Positions 9,255-17,680 of a stretch of DNA of 32,704 nucleotides are shown here, in pieces. The DNA lies in IMG/VR virus record IMGVR_UViG_2778261231_000009, positions 1-32,704 of that record, one strand, 5' to 3'. The position numbers were made by a program, and so were the translations under genes. The stretch comes from a virus. Taxonomy: Duplodnaviria > Heunggongvirae > Uroviricota > Caudoviricetes. The notes under the pieces were generated by a model. It worked only from the letters and a program-made list of their open reading frames with translations. It made no database searches and was not told the DNA's origin. Numbering within the stretch: the first letter of the stretch is position 1; the number at the start of each line of letters is the position of its first letter.

Positions 9255-9545
9255 AATGGCTTCAATCTGAGCATCGATGAGATCGAAATCATCATCATTC
9301 AGTTCGTTAAGTAACAGCTCTGCCGTGATTTCTTCCTTCTGCAGGTCTCCGAGGGAAGTAATTGCACACGCCATCACCGCAACGCGGTAATACATGTTTG
9401 CGGCTGCACCTTCGGTAGTGCCGCAGGCTTCATCGGTTGCCCGCAGCGCTTCAATGGTATCGCTCACCACAGGCAGCCTGACGGCAAAGTCAAAATGGAC
9501 TTTATCACCGCATTTAACGCCATATAAAAGTTGCTGCTTTTCCAT
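9162..9545 (-). CDS. Tail assembly chaperone (Mu gp41 / lambda G-like), zero-frame product
   Basis: 127 aa between tail tube and tape measure; contains the A_AAA_AAG slippery run near its 3' end. Confidence 0.7.
   Translation of the reverse strand: MEKQQLLYGVKCGDKVHFDFAVRLPVVSDTIEALRATDEACGTTEGAAANMYYRVAVMACAITSLGDLQKEEITAELLLNELNDDDFDLIDAQIEAIKKKRMDLNKSSPGTEPSSLPSGDTGSVNNK
9246..9254 (-). promoter_or_regulatory. Programmed -1 ribosomal frameshift slippery site (A_AAA_AAG within an A8 run)
   Basis: Minus strand reads ATT AAA AAA AAG CGG; identical heptamer to the E. coli dnaX slippery sequence; location matches the conserved chaperone frameshift of tailed phages. Confidence 0.6.
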
Positions 9546-9920
9546 TTATTCCTCCACCCGACGAAGCGCATTCATGGTGATATCGCGCTTCGCTTCGTTG
9601 TCGACGGTATACTGAGCCCCGACCTGAGTGCTGAAACAGTCCAGGTAAGAAACACGTTTACCGCTGCTGTTAAGTGGATACAGGGTGATTTTCGCACCTT
9701 CAATACCGCCCCAGTTCAGGTCGCCGGATTCCGGGATAACTACCGTAACGGTCAGCTGGATCTCTTCAATGCCACGGGAAAAACCTTTGGCACGTCCCGT
9801 TTTGTTCATCGTCTTAACCAGCTTGCGTCCAGTGGTCACATCTTCCTTGAGGTCAGTCACTTCAATTTCCTGGCCGTCGACTTCCATGACGATCGCGCCA
9901 ACATATTCTTCAAGGGCCAT
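9546..9920 (-). CDS. Tail tube protein (Mu M / gp40-like)
   Basis: 124 aa immediately downstream of the sheath gene; size and synteny. Confidence 0.8.
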   Translation of the reverse strand: MALEEYVGAIVMEVDGQEIEVTDLKEDVTTGRKLVKTMNKTGRAKGFSRGIEEIQLTVTVVIPESGDLNWGGIEGAKITLYPLNSSGKRVSYLDCFSTQVGAQYTVDNEAKRDITMNALRRVEE

Positions 9921-9933
9921 TATGGTTTACTCC

Positions 9934-11352
9934 TCAGAGCAGCAAATCAATTCGACCGGCAAAGACGTGCAGGCCATTCACAACATCCGCAGGGATGCGA
10001 CCGTTCAGCTGGTTAACATCCTGCAGATCGCGCTCTACAATAAGTCCGTTTTTGTTGGCATCCACCTCCTCGACAATCTCCAGCTCCTCCAGCTTGTAAA
10101 GCACATCAAGCAGTTCACTGCGCACCTTCGGAGGTGTTCTTGAGCTGAGCTTGTCGCGCGGGAATCGCAGAGCGATGCGTTCACGGCAGGCCTTGCGCAC
10201 ATAGTCCAGCGTTCGGATGGTGGTGATATCCAGCAGCGCCACATCATCCACGCCCTGGGCGTTTTTGGTGTAGGTGCTGATCGCGCGAACGATTTGCACT
10301 TTGTCACCGGGGCCAATCTCAAACGGCGTAAGACCATTCCGCAGGGCGTTCTCCTGCTCAGTTCGCCCTGGCTGACTCTCTACTGCAGTCACGTCCAGCG
10401 TGCTCATCGCAAGGGTGTTCAGCGGGCGTGCCGGGTCCTCTTCACTGGCGATAACAGCAGCATAGGCAGCGGCGATCTGCGCCGGTGTTTTTACCGAACC
10501 GCTATGCCAGCCCAGCGTGATACGTCCGTCATTAAGTGAAGCTGCCAGTGCAATGCCGGTGGAAAGCGACTTGCGCCACCCACCCACACCGATTGCGCCG
10601 CGCTGTTCCATCGCATTGCTGACGTTTGTCAGATGGTTACGCAGCGCCGTCATCGCCTCCTGGGTGGAGAACGGACAAACAACAATGTTATGACCTGCTG
10701 AGAACGCCGCTGCCAGCGCTGGCGTAATATCCGGATCAACATTGCCGCCTGCAAGCGTGGTGGTCGCCGCTGTGATACCCGCTGCCGTTACGCCGGAAGA
10801 GACAATAATGTCGTTACCAACCGCCCCTTTATGGCGGCAGGTCAGGGTCACTTCCCCCGCGTTTGCTGTTGCCGTCACTGGCAACCCGTCTTTCTGGGTA
10901 ATCAGTTCCGTCAGCGCTGCCGCAATGGTCTCCGCCGTATCTGCTGCCGAAATACCGACATCAATACGGGTACCATTAATGGTCACGCTCAGCTTCCCGC
11001 CGGAAGATGCTGTGCCGGTCAGGGCGATTTTGCCCGTCGCGGCTGTTGCAGTGGCCGCATCGCTGACCCCGACGATCTGCAGCTGCAGATAGGGGTAGGC
11101 ACCGATGGCCGCTGTGGCCATCAGATGCGCCAGCGAGCCACGGCCAAAGTACGTCGCAGCTTCTTCATCAGAGAAAACAGACTGAATGACAAGCGGTGCA
11201 GACAAACCGGAGGCCAGCATTGGCGCAATCATCAGCACCTTCTGGGTGTTACCTGGCAGGGTACGAACGGCCAGGCGGGTGTTGAACTCAATATACTGAC
11301 CCGGCTTGCGGTTCGTACCGATAGTGTCAAAGCTGATATTAGGACTGCTCAC
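9934..11352 (-). CDS. Contractile tail sheath protein (Mu L / gp39-like)
   Basis: 472 aa; size, synteny and Gly/Ala/Thr-rich composition typical of sheath proteins. Confidence 0.85.
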   Translation of the reverse strand: MSSPNISFDTIGTNRKPGQYIEFNTRLAVRTLPGNTQKVLMIAPMLASGLSAPLVIQSVFSDEEAATYFGRGSLAHLMATAAIGAYPYLQLQIVGVSDAATATAATGKIALTGTASSGGKLSVTINGTRIDVGISAADTAETIAAALTELITQKDGLPVTATANAGEVTLTCRHKGAVGNDIIVSSGVTAAGITAATTTLAGGNVDPDITPALAAAFSAGHNIVVCPFSTQEAMTALRNHLTNVSNAMEQRGAIGVGGWRKSLSTGIALAASLNDGRITLGWHSGSVKTPAQIAAAYAAVIASEEDPARPLNTLAMSTLDVTAVESQPGRTEQENALRNGLTPFEIGPGDKVQIVRAISTYTKNAQGVDDVALLDITTIRTLDYVRKACRERIALRFPRDKLSSRTPPKVRSELLDVLYKLEELEIVEEVDANKNGLIVERDLQDVNQLNGRIPADVVNGLHVFAGRIDLLL

Positions 11353-11560
11353 CGTTCACCTCCGCGCTGGGCTCGCTGCTTTTGCTTTTGGTGTTCTTGT
11401 CACTGCTGGTGACAATAATCAGATCACCGGCCATTACCTGACGCTGGTAATAAGCGGTGTTCTCCACCTCAAGGGGTTCCGCATCAGTAATGTAGCGGCG
11501 CGCATTATCTTCGCGCGGCACGCTCAACCCTCTGGCGGCTTTTACTTTAATTTTGCTCAT
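11339..11560 (-). CDS. Small tail-associated protein, Mu gp38-like
   Basis: Internal start MSKIKVKAARGL… chosen from track ORF 11339..11584 to minimise overlap with the upstream gene; synteny before the sheath. Confidence 0.55.
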   Translation of the reverse strand: MSKIKVKAARGLSVPREDNARRYITDAEPLEVENTAYYQRQVMAGDLIIVTSSDKNTKSKSSEPSAEVNGEQS

Positions 11561-12206
11561 GACTGATAATGTCCTCTGCTGCATTGTCTTTATCAGGCTG
11601 CTTAAGATCGTAACTGAGTCGGGTTCTCAGCCATGCCGGGTCATCGTCGGTAGTGGCACCGCCATAAATCCGGAACATATGGTCAGCATGGTCTTCCGGC
11701 GCAGCCGTGAGCGGGTAACGCCCGTTCTCCAGCGCCGACTCAATCCACTTTGTGTCGAACTCACAGGCAAAAACGGAAAATGCCTGAGATTCTATCTGGG
11801 TGTTGAAGAGCGTGCGCACGCGACCAGGGCTGAGCGGGTCGATTTTGATACCCGTATCGGCCATATCCTGACCCGACAGCAGACGACGAACGGCGGCGAC
11901 CAGAATATACGTCCCCACCTCCTGCACATGCGGCCCCCCCATTCGGGCCGCTTCTTCACTGCGCAGGCTGCGCTCGCCAACCACCACGACAAAGCGACCG
12001 TGGGTGACAAACCGTTGCCGTGCTGTGCTGTACGGCTCGGTTTTTTGTACCCCGCCGAAGGTCACCCAGACCGCAGGGAGCTGGCGCAGCACCTCCGCAG
12101 GTTCGCCGTCCAGCTCGCCGCCGTAGGAGCGCACGTTCTTCACCATACGCCCCATACCTTTACGAAGGCGCTCCACGATGGCTTTTTCGATATCCGTAAT
12201 CACCAT
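11547..12206 (-). CDS. Head-tail joining / tail completion protein, Mu gp37 (K)-like
   Basis: 219 aa; synteny between gp36-like and gp38-like genes. Confidence 0.7.
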   Translation of the reverse strand: MVITDIEKAIVERLRKGMGRMVKNVRSYGGELDGEPAEVLRQLPAVWVTFGGVQKTEPYSTARQRFVTHGRFVVVVGERSLRSEEAARMGGPHVQEVGTYILVAAVRRLLSGQDMADTGIKIDPLSPGRVRTLFNTQIESQAFSVFACEFDTKWIESALENGRYPLTAAPEDHADHMFRIYGGATTDDDPAWLRTRLSYDLKQPDKDNAAEDIISHEQN

Positions 12207-12634
12207 CAGAAACTTCCTCCACCAGTCTGGTCACGCCCGAAGACGCGACCACCAGACACCATCCGCGCACCGGTTCCGCTTTTCACCACTTCCCCCGTCG
12301 TCGTGCGGCCCAGATTGATTCGCCCGGATGCAACTTTTTCCAGGTAACGAACGGTGTCTTCATACCGCTCGCGGATTTCATCTGTCATCTGGGTCTCAGA
12401 GCCGCACAGAAGGTAGCGGGCGATGTTGCAGCAGCGACCGACGAGAACACGGGGCTCATCAGCCCAGGGCACCGGATAGCGACCGCAGAGATAACCGTCG
12501 ATTTCAGCGCTGGCCTGAATGAGTGCGCCGTTCAGCACATCATCGTCAATCTGCCCGGTATAGCTGCGGTCGGTGAGCGACACGCACTCACGCTCACCAA
12601 ACGCCCTGACCATGTCCTCACGGTTCGCGTACAT
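12206..12634 (-). CDS. Head-tail connector protein, Mu gp36 (J)-like, DUF1320-type
   Basis: 142 aa; synteny downstream of the major head gene. Confidence 0.7.
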   Translation of the reverse strand: MYANREDMVRAFGERECVSLTDRSYTGQIDDDVLNGALIQASAEIDGYLCGRYPVPWADEPRVLVGRCCNIARYLLCGSETQMTDEIRERYEDTVRYLEKVASGRINLGRTTTGEVVKSGTGARMVSGGRVFGRDQTGGGSF

Positions 12635-12637
12635 GGC

Positions 12638-13045
12638 TTACCCCTTCGCCTTTTTGTCCGGGGTTTGCGAACCGGCCTTCAGCGAATCCAGCTCCTGACG
12701 CAGTGCATTGCGTTCAGTTTCCAGTTCTGCGATGGTGCTGTTTGCACTGGTTAGCTGCTGCTTAAGTGCATCACCATCCTGATTGAGCTGCAGAACCGTC
12801 GCCTCCAGTTCGCTGATGCGTACCTTAAGGCCGTCACGCTCAGCGATCAGGGCGGAAACAGCATCATCACCCCCTGAGATTTCAGGCACATCCTGCAGGC
12901 GGACCACAATCAGATTGGGATCGTTTTCCAGAATCTGGAGTTCGCTGTCGCTGAACTGGTCATCCGGCCAGGTGACAGTATTCGCGCTGTGGGCGATGCC
13001 GAGACGGCGAAAACCGTTACGGCGGGCAGTGATTTGAATCGGCAT
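12638..13045 (-). CDS. Coiled-coil protein at the Mu gp35 position, unknown function
   Basis: 135 aa; C-terminal half strongly heptad-like (…RISELEATVLQLNQDGDALKQQLTSANSTIAELETERNALRQELDSLKAG…); start overlaps the major head stop. Confidence 0.55.
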   Translation of the reverse strand: MPIQITARRNGFRRLGIAHSANTVTWPDDQFSDSELQILENDPNLIVVRLQDVPEISGGDDAVSALIAERDGLKVRISELEATVLQLNQDGDALKQQLTSANSTIAELETERNALRQELDSLKAGSQTPDKKAKG

Positions 13046-13953
13046 TATGCGTCCTCCCCGGTAGAGCCATACGCCATCTGCCAGAAGCCGTAGCCACCGT
13101 TTGCACGTGCTTCAGCACCGAAGAGAAACTTCTTACGCATCATCACGTTGTCAGAGTTGTAGTCGGTCTGCTCAACAAAGACTGGTTTCTTACGCTCCTG
13201 GTAAATCAGGGGCTTCACGGGCTTGGTGTTATCCAGAAGGAACCAGGCGGTATCAGACGTCAGCTCAGGGACAACCATAACCTCAGCCGTCCCCTTGTAA
13301 GGGTTTGGCGTATTGTCCGGGAAGCGGTCAGCCGTCATCAGGTAGTTGGCATCATCTTCAAGAGCCGGAGGCACAACCAGGATGGTCGGGCGAATTTTCA
13401 GGGATGCGCCTTCATCATCCTTCAGGCTGCGCATGGCGGTTCGTGCAGCGCCGTAACTTGCTTTTGCTGCGGCAAGCGAGGTGACGGCAAGCTTTTTCGT
13501 GCCTTTGTTAGAGACCGACTTGCCACCGGAAAGGTGGTCGGTATCAAAGAAGGGCTGACCATCGTAGCAAAGGTTGGTGAAGCCGTTGTTCAGGAGTGCA
13601 AAGACGATATCGGCTGGCAGTTCGGCAGCGGACTGGCCCGCACCTTTAGCCTGCAGGGCATAGCCCATAATCTGATCGTCTTCGATATCGTTACGCTCAA
13701 CTTCAACCGTCGCTTCCCAGTCTTTATTGCGAATGGTGTAGTTGAACGCGGCGAACGCTTTAATAACCTTGTCGCCAATCCACTCACGCATTTTCGGGAA
13801 ACGGCTCAGCCAGCTGTAGTCGTTCTCTTTCCCGGTCGACGGTACCACCATCGCAATCTTCTGCCAGTCGGACGGCGTCTGATCAAAGGCGTTCTGGAAG
13901 GTCGCTTTCAGATTAATGAAAATCTGACGCACATTTTTTACGTTAATTAACAC
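13045..13953 (-). CDS. Major head subunit (Mu T / gp34-like)
   Basis: 302 aa; synteny after the protease/scaffold gene; resembles Mu-type major head proteins. Confidence 0.85.
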   Translation of the reverse strand: MLINVKNVRQIFINLKATFQNAFDQTPSDWQKIAMVVPSTGKENDYSWLSRFPKMREWIGDKVIKAFAAFNYTIRNKDWEATVEVERNDIEDDQIMGYALQAKGAGQSAAELPADIVFALLNNGFTNLCYDGQPFFDTDHLSGGKSVSNKGTKKLAVTSLAAAKASYGAARTAMRSLKDDEGASLKIRPTILVVPPALEDDANYLMTADRFPDNTPNPYKGTAEVMVVPELTSDTAWFLLDNTKPVKPLIYQERKKPVFVEQTDYNSDNVMMRKKFLFGAEARANGGYGFWQMAYGSTGEDA

Positions 13954-13966
13954 GGTTCTCTCCTTA

Positions 13967-14359
13967 TTAAATCAGAACCCAGACGCCATCATTCTCAAGA
14001 CCCAGCACCTTTCCGGCGACCGGGCGGGCGTTGGTATCACTGGTTTTAGCCACTGTCTGGCTGTCCACCACGTAGCAATCTTTGCCAATCTGCGTCTGCG
14101 TGACCGCGTCAGCAGTGCTGTTGGCCAGGAACCAGGCTTTACCACGACGAACCAGCACGCTCGCATCACCGGCTGCACCTGCAGAGTTATCCACCCAGCC
14201 ATCACAGATGCCGAGGGTGGTATTGGCTGCAGTGGCGCTGCCTGGTACAGCAAAGCCCGCTGCGTTGGCCGCAATAATGTGGCCGCCAAAGAGTTCAGTG
14301 GCTGCCGCAACCGGGACGGCAAACAGCTGGCCGTCGCGATAAGGGGTATGACGATCCAT
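13967..14359 (-). CDS. Putative head decoration/structural protein, DUF2190-like
   Basis: 130 aa, Ala/Gly-rich, between the protease/scaffold and major head genes. Confidence 0.55.
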   Translation of the reverse strand: MDRHTPYRDGQLFAVPVAAATELFGGHIIAANAAGFAVPGSATAANTTLGICDGWVDNSAGAAGDASVLVRRGKAWFLANSTADAVTQTQIGKDCYVVDSQTVAKTSDTNARPVAGKVLGLENDGVWVLI

Positions 14360-14370
14360 TTCGCTCTCCT

Positions 14371-15486
14371 TTATTTGAGGTATTTCGCGACGCTTTCCGG
14401 GTCATTGCCCATCATGGAGCAGATGGCCGGGTCAATCGCATCATCTTCAGCACCCTGTGACGGGTGTGACGGAAGGCCTGCAGGCGGTTGCCCCTGAGTC
14501 TGACTGGTCGTCAGTGCGGCAATCTTTGGCGCTTTTTCGATAAAGGCGGTAAGACTGGCCGGATCGGATTTCGCCAGTGACGCAGCCCATGCCTGCTGTG
14601 CCGGAAGCAGACGACCGTCGCCGAGGGCAACCGTAATCAACGCTTCAGCCTGTTGCGTGGCGAGTGCGGCGGTATTACCCGCACCTGCACGCTCTGTTGC
14701 CTGCTGAACGGCTGAATGCATGACCTCCACCGAAACCCACTTAGCCGGGTCAGGCGTGTCGAGTTTCGCTGACAGGTCGGCGATGCTCTGCGCGTTCTGG
14801 TTCAGGATATCCAGCAGACTGACCGACGCCGCTGCAGTCCCCTGGCCATTGGAAATCATGGTGATGATTTTTTGCAGCTCAGCCATAATCTCTTCTTTCG
14901 TTGAGGCGGTTGGCAGATTGAGCATCCAGCGCAGGTTGCTCAGTAGCTCATTGAGAAATTCTTCATCCATTTCGGTCTGACCCTCTGTGGTTAAATGCGC
15001 GGCCATCAGGGAGGCGGCAGCAAGTAACACTTCCTCCATCCCGTCCACCGCTGGTGTATTGGTCAGCGCGGCGTTAAGCAACTCCAGTACCTGACCGGTT
15101 TTGTCGTAAGAAAATACGGGGGAAATAAAGCGATACTCTTTCGCCTCGACCATTGCAGCCGCAGCGGCTGTCCACTCGACATCGATGGCGAACAAACCCT
15201 CGCCATCCCGCCACTCCAGCTTTTTGAAGAATGCAGCTGCAGGCGCAGGCAGACCGTTTTTAGCGGCCCGAAGGGTCTGGTGTTCGTAGTCAAGGACATA
15301 GGGGGTGGCGCGGGCATCAGCAGCGGCAATAAGGCGCTCTGCAATTTCCCGCGTCATCAGCCAGGCGGCGCATTCGGTCGGGCGACCATCACGGGCGCGG
15401 AATTCACCAGCCGGAAAGAGCTGAATGACACCGGGAGTAGCGGTGTTAATTTCCTGGGTGAGTGAAGCGATGAGTGTCTTTTTCAT
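14371..15486 (-). CDS. Head protease/scaffold protein (Mu I / gp32-like)
   Basis: 371 aa; synteny; ATG has no Shine-Dalgarno and is abutted by a 7-bp inverted repeat, preceded by the conserved late motif. Confidence 0.85.
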   Translation of the reverse strand: MKKTLIASLTQEINTATPGVIQLFPAGEFRARDGRPTECAAWLMTREIAERLIAAADARATPYVLDYEHQTLRAAKNGLPAPAAAFFKKLEWRDGEGLFAIDVEWTAAAAAMVEAKEYRFISPVFSYDKTGQVLELLNAALTNTPAVDGMEEVLLAAASLMAAHLTTEGQTEMDEEFLNELLSNLRWMLNLPTASTKEEIMAELQKIITMISNGQGTAAASVSLLDILNQNAQSIADLSAKLDTPDPAKWVSVEVMHSAVQQATERAGAGNTAALATQQAEALITVALGDGRLLPAQQAWAASLAKSDPASLTAFIEKAPKIAALTTSQTQGQPPAGLPSHPSQGAEDDAIDPAICSMMGNDPESVAKYLK

Positions 15487-15506
15487 GGTGCCGACGATAC
15501 GGCACC
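15487..15506 (-). promoter_or_regulatory. Inverted repeat GGTGCCG-N6-CGGCACC abutting the I start codon; the spacer is the TATCGT hexamer
   Basis: Seen directly on the plus strand (ggtgccgacgatacggcacc). Confidence 0.5.
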
Positions 15507-15519
15507 ACTGCGGGGAGGT

Positions 15520-15738
15520 TCAGATGAAGAGGTTCAGTGGATTATCGCTGAGGATCGCTTTGGTTGTCGGCTTATCGGGTTTAGCAGACTGACGCCTGCG
15601 GGCAAAGTATCGGTCAGTGAACCACTCAGCAACTTTTATAACCAGCCCCCCTAAGATGCCAATGAAAACCCACTGCTGCGGGGTGAAATAATCAAGGAAA
15701 GCTTTGAATGTGTACAGTTGCCCGCTCCCGTAATGCAT
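15520..15738 (-). CDS. Small predicted membrane protein (72 aa) in the G-I spacer; may not be coding
   Basis: One hydrophobic helix (WVFIGILGGLVIKVAEWF); weak Shine-Dalgarno; its 3' end overlaps the conserved late motif. No gene is expected at this position in Mu. Confidence 0.3.
   Translation of the reverse strand: MHYGSGQLYTFKAFLDYFTPQQWVFIGILGGLVIKVAEWFTDRYFARRRQSAKPDKPTTKAILSDNPLNLFI
15523..15544 (-). promoter_or_regulatory. Conserved late motif, copy 2 (upstream of I): TAATCCACTGAACCTCTTCATC on the coding strand
   Basis: 17-nt core CCACTGAACCNCTTCAY shared with copies at ~3679-3700 and ~23680-23701; 24 nt to TATCGT, then 7 nt to ATG. Confidence 0.6.
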
Positions 15739-15854
15739 TTATGAGCCCAGGCCTTTTTAAACCGCTTTTAAAAACGTCTGAACACCTCTTTGGCGAATCA
15801 CTCTAGCACAATCAGACTGAACGCGTCACAGCGCGTTACAGGACGAATTTGCCC

Positions 15855-16397
15855 TCAGTCTAAAATACGTTTCAGATACTGCTCAGCCGTATTCTCCATC
15901 TTCTCCACGTCATCTTCGGTGAGATGCAGGAAAGGACGCGCGGGCATCCTAATTTTATACGCCCCGATAGTGTTCCACTGCTCAAAGTTGGAGCGGGATT
16001 TTTTAACGAACCGGTTACCCACTGAACCATCCTTTTTCTGGCGGTACCAGGCTTTCTGACTGCGGGCCGGAATGCTGATTTCCCCGCCTTCCTGGTGGAT
16101 GCGGGCGTATTTCACATTGGTCCCGACCGTCGCCTCATCATTCGTGCTGTACTGGGTGATACTTGCCGCCAGTCGACCGCTCTTCTGGAGAATTTTACCG
16201 CCCCGGCGCTGACGGGCGTATGCCGGGCTCCAGCCCATCCATGCGGGGCGACCCTGTTGCGCGAAATTTTCTTCGACGGCATCGCCCATGGCAGCGGCCA
16301 TCTCGCGCATCAGGGGGGCGCGGTTTTCCAGCTTTTTAATGAGTTCACCGAGTGAACGCTCAAAGTCACCAATGTCATACCTGATGGCGTAACTCAT
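15855..16397 (-). CDS. Virion morphogenesis protein (Mu G / gp31-like)
   Basis: 180 aa; synteny after the F-like gene; overlapping stop/start. Confidence 0.8.
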   Translation of the reverse strand: MSYAIRYDIGDFERSLGELIKKLENRAPLMREMAAAMGDAVEENFAQQGRPAWMGWSPAYARQRRGGKILQKSGRLAASITQYSTNDEATVGTNVKYARIHQEGGEISIPARSQKAWYRQKKDGSVGNRFVKKSRSNFEQWNTIGAYKIRMPARPFLHLTEDDVEKMENTAEQYLKRILD

Positions 16398-17680
16398 GAT
16401 TTCAGCTCCAGCAGCTGCGTCGCGCGTTCAGATAACACATCACCAGGAGTGACGGTGGCACCGGCGTTCATCAGCGACAGACGCCAGCCATTGTCAGACT
16501 GCACACCACGCACCGCGCGGATACCGTTCTGCCCGGAGAGGAGCCACACCAGAGCATCATCATCAAGCCAGACACCCGCTGGCTGACGTAGCAGAACGGG
16601 AAGCTCTGACCACATCGGGCCTGGAGCCAGCCGGACATCCTCTTCGTGAATGCTTAATGTGATCGCACCGTTAACACCACGCTCTTCGAGGCGATTCAGC
16701 AGCTCAGGCTGGATACCGCCAACGCGCCTCAGGTCGCCACGGGTCTTCTGCCGCACGCTGACGGTGTCGACCCAGCGACGCACATCATCACTGACGGCAT
16801 CCAGCACTGCAGGTTCAGACAGTGTTTCATGGATGGCCTGAGAGGCAATCCGGGGCGTGGTGGTTGCAGATTTATTCATAAGGCGCTGTCCGAGAGAAGA
16901 GAGCCAGCCCTGACCCGGATTGTGCCCGAATCCGGCATCAGGCGTGTAAAGCTCGCCGTTGAAGCGTAACGCCTTAACGTCACGGGTTTCTTTTGGTCCC
17001 CATGCCTGTTGTACCGTGACAATGTCCTGCTCCCACGATTTGACCTCAATCCCCATGCGGTCAGCATCCGCCTGGGTTCTGGCGCGAATGCGGCACCGGC
17101 AGTGGTATCCGTCAGGCGGGTACATGAACTGCCACACAGGATCGTCATAGCGGGCAGTGAAACCATTGAGCCTGGCGTGGAGTGGCCGGGTGTGCATATC
17201 CATGACGGCCACGCGTTCCCATATGGGGCGAAACTCCGCGTTGGCCATCTGCTCCGCATAGCGACCGGCACCATACGCCGCCTGCATATTGGTTTCAAAG
17301 ATGGTGCGCAGACGGCGTGGCGTAAGTTGTTTACCCTCCAGTACACCATCTTCATCGGCGACCAGCCTGGCACGGTCAGCAAGCCAGCCCTTACGGATCA
17401 ACGTTGGGGTAATCTGCCGTTCGAAGTCCCGGAGCGTGCCGCCGTTAACAATATGCTCGCGCAGCGATTGATGAATATCCTCAAGCACATCCTGTTTAAG
17501 GACGCCCGCCACGGTGAAACTGGTGGCGTGGGCGCGGGCTTCAACATCGTGCCAGTTAAAGCCGGTGGTGTAGCCCTTCGACTCAAAGTAGGCTATCGCT
17601 TCTTCGGGCTTTAACCCGATGGCGTACCCCAGATCAACATCAGCTTTCGGCATTGAGTCGCCCCCAGACCTCGCTGACAA
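16394..17680 (-). CDS. Head morphogenesis protein (Mu F / gp30-like, SPP1 gp7 family)
   Basis: 428 aa; synteny after portal. Confidence 0.85.
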   Translation of the reverse strand: MSARSGGDSMPKADVDLGYAIGLKPEEAIAYFESKGYTTGFNWHDVEARAHATSFTVAGVLKQDVLEDIHQSLREHIVNGGTLRDFERQITPTLIRKGWLADRARLVADEDGVLEGKQLTPRRLRTIFETNMQAAYGAGRYAEQMANAEFRPIWERVAVMDMHTRPLHARLNGFTARYDDPVWQFMYPPDGYHCRCRIRARTQADADRMGIEVKSWEQDIVTVQQAWGPKETRDVKALRFNGELYTPDAGFGHNPGQGWLSSLGQRLMNKSATTTPRIASQAIHETLSEPAVLDAVSDDVRRWVDTVSVRQKTRGDLRRVGGIQPELLNRLEERGVNGAITLSIHEEDVRLAPGPMWSELPVLLRQPAGVWLDDDALVWLLSGQNGIRAVRGVQSDNGWRLSLMNAGATVTPGDVLSERATQLLELKS

